From: an uncultured delta proteobacterium
Lineage (GTDB): Bacteria; Desulfobacterota; Binatia; UBA9968
Direction: 5' to 3'
NCBI GenBank assembly: GCA_963804165.1
Contig: CAWDPO010000011.1
Location: 51,759-83,758 of the forward strand
Length of the DNA: 32,000 nt
A program made the translations under genes and the position numbers. Below the pieces are notes generated by a model, which saw only the letters and a list, made by a program, of their open reading frames with translations, was not told where the DNA came from and made no database searches. Below, one piece after another: positions 1 through 8,692 of the stretch. How positions within the stretch are numbered: position 1 is the first letter of the stretch; each line of letters opens with the position of its first letter.

Positions 1-1
1 T

Positions 2-769
2 GCCGGAGCCGAAAAAAGTGGCGCGGCGCCGGAGCGAAAAAAAGTTCACCTTGCTCAAGTTCAGAAGAAGCTCCCGAAGATTGTTCTTATATACCAGGTT
101 CAGAGCCAGATTCCTCTGGTTAGGACTTTTTACTACGGCGAAGAAATCTCGAAAACCCTTCCTTCATTCGTTCATCCGAATGAGTTCATCGATGGAGCGG
201 TGGTGAGCGGCACCTATAAAAGCGAGCGAAAAATTCCCACTTCGCTGCATTGTGCGAACCCTTTTATCGAGGAGATGCTCAAGCGGCACGGCGGCGAGTT
301 GGAGTTCCTCGGTGTGATTCTCTCGCGCGGATATAACGACAGCTTTGAGCAGAAAAAGAAAATGGGGCTGTGGAGCGCTCGCTTGGCCAGATGTTTGGGC
401 GCTGACGGCGCCGTGGCGATGATGGAGGGAACCGGCAATACGACCGTCGATTTTATGCAAACCGTCAAAGCTTGCGAAGCGGAAGGGATTAAGACCGTAG
501 CGGTTCTGCACGAGGATAACGGCGCCAAAGGCTATGAAAGGCCGCTGGTCGATCATCCGCGCGAAGCCGACGCGATGATCAGCCGTGGCAACCGCTCCGA
601 GAAATTGGTTCTTGCCCCACTCGACCAGGTCATCGGAGGAAAGGAGATCGACCTCCATCTTAAACTCAAACACGATCCGCATAAGCCACTGTTTTTCGAC
701 CCGACGATCTTTTTCGGTGCGCATTGTCAGATGGGAGCCAGCGGCTTTCGTGCTGCCTTTGAAAGCTGA
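2..769 (+). CDS. Glycine/sarcosine/betaine reductase component B, GrdE-like alpha/beta proprotein, 3' part (5' end outside window)
   Basis: Frame is open from base 2: ...VQKKLPKIVLIYQVQSQIPLVRTFYYGEEISKTLPSFIRPNEFIDGAVVSGTYKSERK...NPFIEEMLKRHGGELEFLGVILSRGYND...; matches the recalled GrdE pattern YVYQVQSQ...DGAIVSG...NNPVI..L. Lies directly upstream of a GrdB homologue. Confidence 0.85.
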   Translation, partial: AGAEKSGAAPERKKVHLAQVQKKLPKIVLIYQVQSQIPLVRTFYYGEEISKTLPSFVHPNEFIDGAVVSGTYKSERKIPTSLHCANPFIEEMLKRHGGELEFLGVILSRGYNDSFEQKKKMGLWSARLARCLGADGAVAMMEGTGNTTVDFMQTVKACEAEGIKTVAVLHEDNGAKGYERPLVDHPREADAMISRGNRSEKLVLAPLDQVIGGKEIDLHLKLKHDPHKPLFFDPTIFFGAHCQMGASGFRAAFES

Positions 770-781
770 GATGAAACCAAA

Positions 782-2086
782 ATGATCAAAGTTTTACACT
801 ATCTCAATCAATTTTTTGCCGGCATCGGCGGTGAGGAGAAAGCCGGACAGGAATTTTTCTTTCTGCCGAAGCCCGCCGGACCCGGTGTCCTGCTCCGCGA
901 CCTACTGAAGAACCAGGACATTGAGTATGCAACGGTGGTCTGCGGCGACAACTATTTTCATGAACATGAAGAAGCTGTTCTCGCTTCTTTGACGGAAGTG
1001 ATGGCGCAGTTTGCGCCGGACCTGTTTGTCGCCGGTCCGGCTTTTCATGCGGGGAGATACGGGCTTGCCTGCGCCAAAACCGCCAGCTTCGTGCGCGAGC
1101 GTTGGGGCGTGCCGGCGCTGACAGGGCTCTATGAAGAAAATCCGGGAACGAAGGAAGTCGGCCGGCATGTCTTGGTGATCCAGACGGGTTCGTCGGCTGC
1201 TTCGATGCAAACCGCCATTAAGCGGTTCGCCGATCTGGCGGTGCTTTTGCTCCACAAGAACGTTGAAAACCTCGAGGCCTTCAAAGAGGAATTTTGTCTA
1301 AAGATCCCGCGGCGATTTACCGTTCAAGCCGCTGCTCCCGACAGCGTACGAGCAGTGGAGATGCTGCTAGCTAAGCTGGGTGGCGCGGCTTTCGAGAGCG
1401 AGATCCCGCGAATCGAGGTGGCGCCCCATCCGGTTCCCGCCGCGATTCAAGATCTCTCTCAGGCAACTCTCGCCATGGTGACGGAAGGCGGTTTGGTGCC
1501 ATTAGGCAATCCCGACCGGCTGGAAAGCTCGCGCGGAACGAAGTACTTCAAGTACTCGATCAAAGAACGCGACGACTTGAAACCGGGCGAGTTCGAAGCC
1601 ATGCATACCGGTTACGACACCTCCACGGTCAACGCTGATCCCGACCGGCTTATTCCCGTAGACGCCATGCGGACATTGGAACGCGCCGGGAATTTCGGCA
1701 GACTTCACGATTACTATTATGTCACGACCGGAACCGGCGCCATGCCTGCCAAGATGCAGGAGCTCGGCGCAGGGATCGCCCAGGAGCTTTCGGCCTCGGG
1801 TGTAAACGGAGTCGTTCTCACTGCGACGTGAGGGACCGGCACGCGTAGCGGCGCTACGATCGCAAAAGAAATTGAGCGGAGAGGAATTCCGGTGGTGCTC
1901 ATCACCTGTCTCGCCAATGTGGCAACGCAAGTCGGGGCATACCGGATCATGAGCGGAAATAAATTTCACTACCCGGTGGGCAACCCGGATCTTCCGGCCG
2001 CCGAAGAAGCGAAGTGGCGCGCTGAGTTGCTGAGCGCGGCGCTGAAAATTTTACAAACCACAGTCGATGCCCCGACTGTCTTCTAA
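782..2086 (+). CDS. GrdB-like selenoprotein (glycine/sarcosine/betaine reductase component B gamma family), 434 aa if UGA at 1829-1831 is decoded as selenocysteine
   Basis: MIKVLHYLNQFFAGIGGEEKA... is typical of the GrdB N-terminus. The frame reads ...GVNGVVLTAT-[UGA]-GTGTRSGATIAKEIERRGIPVVLITCLANVATQVGAYRIMSGNKFHYPVGNPDLPAAEE...QTTVDAPTVF*, matching the GrdB region around the known Sec (VILTST-U-GTCTRCGATMVKEIERAGIPVV). No frame change is required across the UGA. Confidence 0.88.
1844..1858 (+). promoter_or_regulatory. Candidate bacterial SECIS hairpin downstream of in-frame UGA
   Basis: CGTAGC-GGC-GCTACG: perfect 6-bp stem, 3-nt loop beginning with GG; loop starts 19 nt after the last base of UGA, within the commonly used bSECIS spacing. 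Confidence 0.6.
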
Positions 2087-2099
2087 ATCGAATGCTGTC

Positions 2100-2246
2100 A
2101 TGGAACGTCGAGCATTGTTGTTGCTAGTCGCCGGCTTTGTTTTTGCTGTTAATTTCCTTTCAGTCAACGCGACGACGCGCGCGAATACCAAGATCCGCGT
2201 TGGTCTTCCCGATTTCACCAGCTGCTCTGGTCTTCATCCTATATAG
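2100..2246 (+). pseudogene. 5' remnant of an exported (solute-binding-like) protein gene, truncated
   Basis: MERRALLLLVAGFVFAVNFLSVNATTRANTKIRVGLPDFTSCSGLHPI*: signal peptide followed by a typical 'KIRVG' mature start, then coding similarity stops at the cupin gene 3' end. Confidence 0.5.
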
Positions 2247-3367
2247 CCGGCATCGCACTGGCCACGCCACGTTTTCGCATCTCGTCTTCGTAGTGTTTGC
2301 GAATGTACGGGTCTTCATCGGCGTATTCGATCAAGGTGCCGCCTTCTTTCACGTCTATATAAACGCCGTCCTCACTCCGCTTGTCGGCAATCTTAAAGCC
2401 GATGGGGTGAATCCGGCTGCCATAGCGAAGCGCGAGATGTCGCGCCGGCTCGGGGCCGGTATTAAAATGTTGATGGAACCATCCCCCCGGCGGGCAATAG
2501 ACACTGCCGGCTTTCCATTTCACCTCGACGATTTCGTCCCCGCGGCCCGCTTCATAGGGCCCGAGGACCGAGTTCCTTCGACCATAACAAAACATAACCC
2601 GACGACTGCAAGCCCAACAGAATCGCGCCGGAACCGTGATAGTGCGCCTTGTGGTACCGAGCCGCCGGCCACTGTGCTAGATGGCCGATCAAACTATTGC
2701 CGGATAGCTCGAACTGAGTAATCCGCACCCCCGCTCCCTTGATCTCGCGTTGATCCAAATTCGCCGACTGAATGTCCATGATGAAATTGGTTTCCCAGAT
2801 ATGCTGCATTCCCGACTCGTAGCGCTTTTGTCCGACATGAAAAAAATCGTCTACCCCCGCGTAACGATCGGCAAAATTATAGGGGCAGTTAAAAATGAAC
2901 TCCTCATTATGCACGATGTCCATCACCAGCGGGGCGTTAGTGACCGCCAAAAATTTCACCGGCAGGCGCCCGCCGTTGATCAACCGATGCCAGGTGTTGA
3001 GCGGTGGCGCAAACAAGCTCCACGGCCCCCATTCGAACATCTGCTTGCGCCCACCCTCTTGCCATACTTCCGTGGCGCCTTGGCCGTCGAGTATGCAGAT
3101 CACTTCTTCGTAAAAATGCTTCTCGGCTAGAAGCGCGCCGCCGGCGGGAATCTCGCCGACATACATTCCGGTAACGCCTTCCATGCCGTATAGATTAATG
3201 AACGTCGCCTTGCCGCCGGTGCGTGTCCAGGGCGCCATGGCGACTTCCCGGACATCCTCGAGGCCGTAACCATCGATCACCGGAATCCCCTGGCAAGCCA
3301 TCCACTTGAAGTAAGTGGTTTTGTGAAACGCCGCCATCAAAGCTTTGATTCGTTCGTCCTGCGACAT
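2239..3367 (-). CDS. Cupin domain-containing protein (bicupin), split by a frameshift near 2561
   Basis: MSQDERIKALMAAFHKTTYFKWMACQGIP...HFYEEVICILDGQG...YHGSGAILLGLQSSGYVLLWSKELGPR then continues in another frame as PYEAGRGDEIVEVKWKAGSVYCPPGGWFHQHFNTG; joining the frames removes one base in CGGGCCC. Confidence 0.8.
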
Positions 3368-3712
3368 AATCATCCGGCTCCTTCGCCGACGGAATTTTTT
3401 CTTAGTGAATGTTTCGATTGCAGATTGATTCGGCCATTGCATCGAAACGGAACGAAAACCTACCACAGTTCGATGAGATCAGGAAGGTTTCCGATGCGCA
3501 ACGAAAAAGAGCCGGATCTTAAGCGTCAACGGCGCAACAGGTGATTGATTGGGTGCTGAAAGCGAAGATGATCGGAAAGGAGTTCGAGGATCTGGCGCGG
3601 ATGCGGGATGCGTTGACACGCGCCAAATCAGCTCTGGGCGGCGCTAGACGACACAGGGGGCGTTGGTTTCGACGTTCCGCTTTACATCGTGCATGCTCTC
3701 CGCTCTCTTAGC

Positions 3713-3828
3713 GAGATCAAAGCTATCAAGATGATGAGTGTCGGTGCACCCGAGGCGATGGCTGGTCGCTCAGGGCGAAATCATGATCGACATCGATCGC
3801 AATTTCGCTACCGCGCAGGCGGTCAGCG
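3713..3828 (+). pseudogene. Degenerate fragment of an enolase-superfamily (mandelate racemase/muconate cycloisomerase-like) gene
   Basis: 3713-3767 matches the intact gene near 6353-6407 at about 44/55 bases (SEIKAIKMMSVGAPEAMA vs SEIRVIKMVSVGDPDAMA), then jumps to EIMIDIDRNFATAQAVSA, which resembles the family's later active-site strand. Confidence 0.6.
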
Positions 3829-5358
3829 CAAAACGAATGTTCCGACACGGCCGAGTCCGTCGGAACCCATGTCGCTATTTTGAACCAATTCCCCGCGAAC
3901 CAATGACCACGCCGAGGATCTTGAGGTAGGGCCGACATCGTCGACGACGGTCCAGCCGGTAAGAGTCGTGCGGTTGAAGTCATCCCAAAGCAACTCCGCA
4001 CCAGTGGCGAGGTCGACGACTTTTACGTCGTCGAAAGCGCTTCCCTGATTGCGCGAAGAGTAAAGCGCGACGGTGCCGTTTCGAAAACTTTGATCGTGAA
4101 CAGAGAAAACCGGTTTACCGTCGATGTTGACCTTCAGAGTCGTTCCCTGGGCGATAAGCTCGATCAAATAGTTGTGACCACTGACGTACGGGACAGTATC
4201 CTCAGCGATAACCTTGAAAATACCGTTTTCACGTTTTATGAGCTGACGTCCCGCGGGTTCTTGCGCCCATGAAAAGCGATAATAGTTGTCTCTGTCCTGA
4301 TAGCGGAACATGACCCCTAACGTGTCATCGTCGGCAGAGCGCATTTTTAGCGCGACGCGATAGTCTTTCCAGCTTGCTTGAGTGTACAAAGCGTAGGTTC
4401 CTAATTGCCCGCCTCGCGTTGAAGAGATATTGCTGCTTTGCACCAGGGCGCCCGTGGCTGCGGACCAATGGGATGGGCCGGCGGAGTCTCCCTCGTCGAT
4501 AATGGTCCAGCTTCGATGTATGCCGTCATTGAAGTTGGCAGAGAGTAAGGTATTACCGCCGTTGAGGTCATCAACCACGATGTCGTCGAAGGCACTTCCC
4601 TGGTTGGAATACGAATATAACGCAATCGTCCCTTCCGGGATGGCGCTGTCGGTCACGGAGAACACCGAGCGTCCATCGATCAAGACCTTCAAGGACGAGC
4701 CCTGGGTGACGATTTGTAAAGTATACGTTTGCCCCACTGTGTACGGCACTGAGTCTTTCGCCAATACCTGGAACACACCGCCGACACGTTTCTCAAGTCG
4801 CCGAGAGCTATTCCCCGCAGACCAGCTGAAACGATAGTAGTTGTTTGGATCCTGATAGCGAAACATTGCTCCTATGGAGTCGCTATCGGTGGAGCGGATT
4901 TTCATTGTCAGGCGATAATTGTTCCACCGACCGGCGCCCTCTGCGCCGGGTGAGGGATTTGAGCCCAGAGCCGTGGAGCCAGTCGAGATCTGGGTGGTGG
5001 GAGTCAAGGTCGTAGGAGCCAGGTTCGTGGAAGTGGGCTGAGAATTACTCGAAACGGTGGCGCACGCGCTGTTGGAAGTCAGCGAATCTCCCGCCTTGTT
5101 AAACGCCCGCACGCGATAGCAGTAAGTTGATCCGGCGTTTAATCCTGAATCCGTGTAGCTTTCCGTATTGGCGCCCACCCGGGCGATTTCAACATACTTA
5201 CCTGAGATCTGGCGCTCGATCGTAAATCCGACTTCCGTGGCAGAATTGTCTCGCCAGTTCAGGAGTAGAGTAGCGGACTCACTGATGCTGGCCCATAGCG
5301 TCGTGAAACCGAGGGTGAACAAAACAAAGGCCAAGAACGGCAGTGGAATTCGGAGCAA
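3823..5358 (-). CDS. Secreted fibronectin type III plus repeated LamG/concanavalin-like domain protein, probably 3'-truncated
   Basis: N-terminal hydrophobic signal; FN3-like LLLNWRDNSATEVGFTIERQ...YRVRAFNKAGDS; two about 165-aa repeats (WNNYRLTMKIRS...IGAMFRYQDPNNYYRFSW / WKDYRVALKMRS...LGVMFRYQDRDNYYRFSW) and the start of a third repeat. Confidence 0.75.
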   Translation of the reverse strand: MLRIPLPFLAFVLFTLGFTTLWASISESATLLLNWRDNSATEVGFTIERQISGKYVEIARVGANTESYTDSGLNAGSTYCYRVRAFNKAGDSLTSNSACATVSSNSQPTSTNLAPTTLTPTTQISTGSTALGSNPSPGAEGAGRWNNYRLTMKIRSTDSDSIGAMFRYQDPNNYYRFSWSAGNSSRRLEKRVGGVFQVLAKDSVPYTVGQTYTLQIVTQGSSLKVLIDGRSVFSVTDSAIPEGTIALYSYSNQGSAFDDIVVDDLNGGNTLLSANFNDGIHRSWTIIDEGDSAGPSHWSAATGALVQSSNISSTRGGQLGTYALYTQASWKDYRVALKMRSADDDTLGVMFRYQDRDNYYRFSWAQEPAGRQLIKRENGIFKVIAEDTVPYVSGHNYLIELIAQGTTLKVNIDGKPVFSVHDQSFRNGTVALYSSRNQGSAFDDVKVVDLATGAELLWDDFNRTTLTGWTVVDDVGPTSRSSAWSLVRGELVQNSDMGSDGLGRVGTFVLR

Positions 5359-5970
5359 ACTACACCTCCTAAAGCCGGTAAGATCCCGACCTGTGAAGGT
5401 GCGGGGAATCGTCTCGGGCAGTCTTTCAGTACTCAGTAGCGTCCCGCCAGCGCCTTTCAGGGTAGCGGGCTAATCGTCCATGTGCAGAGTGATTTAATTC
5501 TGGCGCGTCGCCGCACTGCAACGCAATCGCGATGCCAAGTACGGATCATCGAAAAAATTTGCTAACCGCATTTTCTGACTCTGAAACAATGAAACCATCG
5601 ACGGGACAAATGCATGATTTTTTGGAGGAACTGTCGCAAGAAAATTTTCGGTAACTGCGACTTCGCCAAAGCACTCCCGCTCTTTGTCGAGGAGCGATGT
5701 ATGAAAAAGAAGTCAAAATAGTGACAAAAGAGTGCAGGGAGGTTCGGACACTTTGGGCTCATTCAATTCAGATAACTTTAGTCTCTCCCGGTGATGCTCA
5801 TTCGGTAACGACGAGAGAGCATCGGTTCTGACGCGTCGATCTTGGTCGCCATTGTGATACTGTTGTTCGCTTGTCGAATTAGATATCCGTCTAGTTAGGC
5901 TGGCAGCTTATCATTAAGTTATGCTATCCATCGCTACAGTTTTATCATTTTGAGATCGAGGTAGGGCGTT

Positions 5971-7038
5971 ATGCAGATCGCGAAAATCGATACCAGGTTG
6001 CTCGAAATGCCCTATAACAAGCCGTTGGTTACGGCAACGAATAATTTCACCGTCGCGCGCGGATTGCTCGTGAAGGTCGCTACGGACGGTGGCATCGAAG
6101 GTTACGGCTATTCCGATCTCTTCCCGCGCACCGGCGAGACGCCCCAGACGGCGCAGCATGTCATCGAAACAGTTCTAAAAGGTAAGGTGGTCGGCAAGGA
6201 GATCGAGGATCTGCCGCGGATACGCGCCGACATCGATCATACTTTGACCGGAAACCCGCGGGCCAAGGCGGCTTTGGAAACCGCGATGTACGACGCGCTG
6301 GCGCGGGGCTATCACATGCCGCTATCCGTCATGCTCGGCGGGAAATATCGAAGCGAGATTAGAGTCATCAAGATGGTGAGCGTCGGCGATCCCGATGCGA
6401 TGGCCGAAGAAGCGAAACAGCTTGTGCGTAGCGGACTGGCGCTGAAGCTCAAAGTCGGCGGGAAGATTGAGCAGGATTTGCCCCGGGTTGCGGCCGTACG
6501 CAAGGCGGTCGGCGCCGACGTCTTCATCAAAGTCGACGCCAATGAATCGTACGATGCAAAAACCGCCATTCGCTTGGCCAAAGGGCTGGCCGATCACGGG
6601 GTGGAAGTCTTCGAACAGCCGGTGCCGCGCGATCAACTCGACGCCTTGTGGGAAGTGAAAAAGCATTCGCCGATCAAGATCGAAGCGGACCAGTCGGCAC
6701 GATCCTTCGCCGACGTACAGATGATGATTAAAAATCGCATGGTCGATTCGATCAACACGGGTATCGCTAAAGTCGGTAGCATTGGAGAGGTGCGCAAAAT
6801 CGCTGATCTTTGTGAGCTGAACGGTATCCGCTGCGCCCTCTCGAACACGGCGGGCAGTATGGTTGGCGACGCTGCCGCGGTGCATCTCGCGGCGAGCACG
6901 CCCGGTATCTCACCGTTGTGCGAGCTGGGCGAGTTTGAAGTGATCACCGGCGATCCATTTTTCGGCCTGACGGTCGAGAAGGGCATGATCAGCGTGCCGG
7001 AGGGCGAGGGATTGGGGGTGAGTCTCAGGGGATTCTAG
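5971..7038 (+). CDS. Mandelate racemase/muconate lactonizing enzyme family protein (enolase superfamily)
   Basis: 355 aa intact ORF; LLVKVATDGGIEGYGYSDLFPRTGET, ALKLKVGGKIEQDLPRVAAVRKAVGADVFIKVDANESYDAKTAIRLAKGLADHGVEVFEQPVPRD, IKIEADQSA, NTGIAKVGSIGEVRKIADLCE motifs. Confidence 0.93.
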   Translation: MQIAKIDTRLLEMPYNKPLVTATNNFTVARGLLVKVATDGGIEGYGYSDLFPRTGETPQTAQHVIETVLKGKVVGKEIEDLPRIRADIDHTLTGNPRAKAALETAMYDALARGYHMPLSVMLGGKYRSEIRVIKMVSVGDPDAMAEEAKQLVRSGLALKLKVGGKIEQDLPRVAAVRKAVGADVFIKVDANESYDAKTAIRLAKGLADHGVEVFEQPVPRDQLDALWEVKKHSPIKIEADQSARSFADVQMMIKNRMVDSINTGIAKVGSIGEVRKIADLCELNGIRCALSNTAGSMVGDAAAVHLAASTPGISPLCELGEFEVITGDPFFGLTVEKGMISVPEGEGLGVSLRGF

Positions 7039-7190
7039 GAAGAGTGGAAGCAATCGTTGCAGACGTTCCAATCGTTCAAGTCGTTTCGAACGGACTCCGG
7101 ACTCGATCCCGGCGATTGAACGTTTTGAACGGAGCGTAGCGGTTGAACGGTTTGAACCATTTGAACTCTTAATCTTGAGGAAAGATACCT

Positions 7191-8624
7191 ATGCCGGATT
7201 TACGCACATGGCTTAACGATGTCGACAAGCTCGGTCAGCTGATGACCGTGGAAAACGTTCACTGGGATCTCGAGCTTTCGACCTTGACGGAAATTATCAA
7301 CGAGCGCTCGAAGACGCGACCGGCGATCATTTTCGATCGCATCAAAGACTACCCGCAAGGTTATCGCGTTGCCGCCAATCTGGTGTCATCTGTCGGTCGC
7401 TTGGCTCTCACGCTCGGCATGAAGGCCGACATGAGCGATATGGATTTCGTCCAAGCTTGGCGCCAGCAGGTTAAGAAGATCACACCGCTGCCGACAGAGA
7501 CAGTTGCGACGGGACGGCTGTTTGAAAACGTCAAGAAAGGTAAAGACATTAACGTACTGCAATTTCCCGTGCCACGCTGGCACGAGCTGGATGGCGGGCG
7601 CTACATCGGCACCGACGATCTCGTGATCACGCGCGATCCGGAGGAGGACTGGGTCAACGTCGGCACCTACCGAGTCATGGTTCACGGCCCCGATCGCCTG
7701 GGGTTACACATGTCGCCCGGTAAACATGGCCGCGTGCACAGGGACAAATATCACGCGTGGGGAAAACCGTTGCCGATCGCGGTTTCTTTCGGTCATCATC
7801 CGATCAACTTCGTCGTGGCGTCCACCGACGTACCGAATCGCGTCAACGAGTACGAGTACACCGGCGGCATTCTCGGCAAACCGCTGCAGGTCGTTAAAGG
7901 ACCGCTGACGGGTTTGCCGATCCCCGCCGACGCGGAGATCGCCATCGAAGGCGAAGTGGCGGTTGACGATGTCATGCCCGAAGGTCCGTTCGGAGAATGG
8001 ACCGGCTACTACGCAAGCAATCAGCCGGCGGTACCCGTGATTCAAATCAAAGCGCTCTACTTCCGCAACGATCCGATCCTCTGCGGCTTTCCACTGCTCA
8101 AACCCTCCGCAGGCGACAATATTCATTTCTCGCTGATGCGCTCGTCCTTGGTCTGGAACGCCCTGGATGAAGCCGGCGTGCCCGATGTCAGAGGCGTGTG
8201 GTGTCATCCCTCGGCGGGCCGCTTCCTTACCGTGGTTTCGATCAAGCAGCGCTACCCCGGTCATGCGCGCCAAGCCGGCATGATCGCTAGCCAATGCCGA
8301 TCCGGCGCTTATCTTGGCCGTTACGTCGTCGTGGTCGATGACGACGTCGACATAACCGATTCCGAAGAATTTCTCTGGGTGCTGAGCAGCCGTTCTGATC
8401 CGGCTGAGTCGATCGAGATTCTCCGGCGCGCCTGGAGCGGCCCGCTCGATCCGCGCATCGCGCGCGACCAGGTGGGTCACAGCTCGCGCGCGGTGATCGA
8501 TGCGACGCGGCCGTACGAATGGCGCGAGAAGTTTCCCAAAGTCAGCGGCGCGAGCCGAGAATTAAAAGACAAAGTCGCGGGCGATTGGCGTGAGTTTCTC
8601 GATCAGAAGGTCGCCGGAAAATAG
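7191..8624 (+). CDS. UbiD family decarboxylase
   Basis: 477 aa intact ORF: MPDLRTWLNDVDKLGQLMTVENVHWDLE...RPAIIFDRIKDYPQGYRV..., GRYIGTDDLVITRDPEEDWVNVGTYR, PEGPFGEWTGYYASNQPAVPVIQIKALYFRNDPI, VVVVDDDVDITDSEEFLWVLSSRSDP. Confidence 0.94.
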   Translation: MPDLRTWLNDVDKLGQLMTVENVHWDLELSTLTEIINERSKTRPAIIFDRIKDYPQGYRVAANLVSSVGRLALTLGMKADMSDMDFVQAWRQQVKKITPLPTETVATGRLFENVKKGKDINVLQFPVPRWHELDGGRYIGTDDLVITRDPEEDWVNVGTYRVMVHGPDRLGLHMSPGKHGRVHRDKYHAWGKPLPIAVSFGHHPINFVVASTDVPNRVNEYEYTGGILGKPLQVVKGPLTGLPIPADAEIAIEGEVAVDDVMPEGPFGEWTGYYASNQPAVPVIQIKALYFRNDPILCGFPLLKPSAGDNIHFSLMRSSLVWNALDEAGVPDVRGVWCHPSAGRFLTVVSIKQRYPGHARQAGMIASQCRSGAYLGRYVVVVDDDVDITDSEEFLWVLSSRSDPAESIEILRRAWSGPLDPRIARDQVGHSSRAVIDATRPYEWREKFPKVSGASRELKDKVAGDWREFLDQKVAGK

Positions 8625-8692
8625 CGCAGCGTTTACGCGCTTCTAAGGGCGCGTGTCGCCCGTTGGAGTTCCGCAAACGCCGCAGCCCGTAG

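Noticed and set aside
1832-2086. Treating the GrdB-like gene as an ordinary nonsense pseudogene
   Set aside because: The stop is precisely at the known Sec position, downstream protein sequence is well conserved in the same frame, and a candidate SECIS hairpin follows. Pseudogene remains possible only if Sec machinery is absent.
2137-2721. 194-aa plus-strand ORF
   Set aside because: Antisense to the cupin gene, whose two frames carry clear cupin motifs.
3738-3929. FEPIPREPM in the plus ORF looked like the enolase-superfamily 'FEEPxxx' motif
   Set aside because: That stretch (after about 3830) is antisense to the FN3/LamG protein's third repeat, so the resemblance is coincidental; only the part up to about 3828 is accepted as remnant.
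7704-8480. 258-aa minus-strand ORF (and 6322-6885, 7386-7685 minus-strand ORFs)
   Set aside because: Antisense to the intact UbiD-family and enolase-superfamily genes; compositionally a shadow ORF in high-GC coding DNA.
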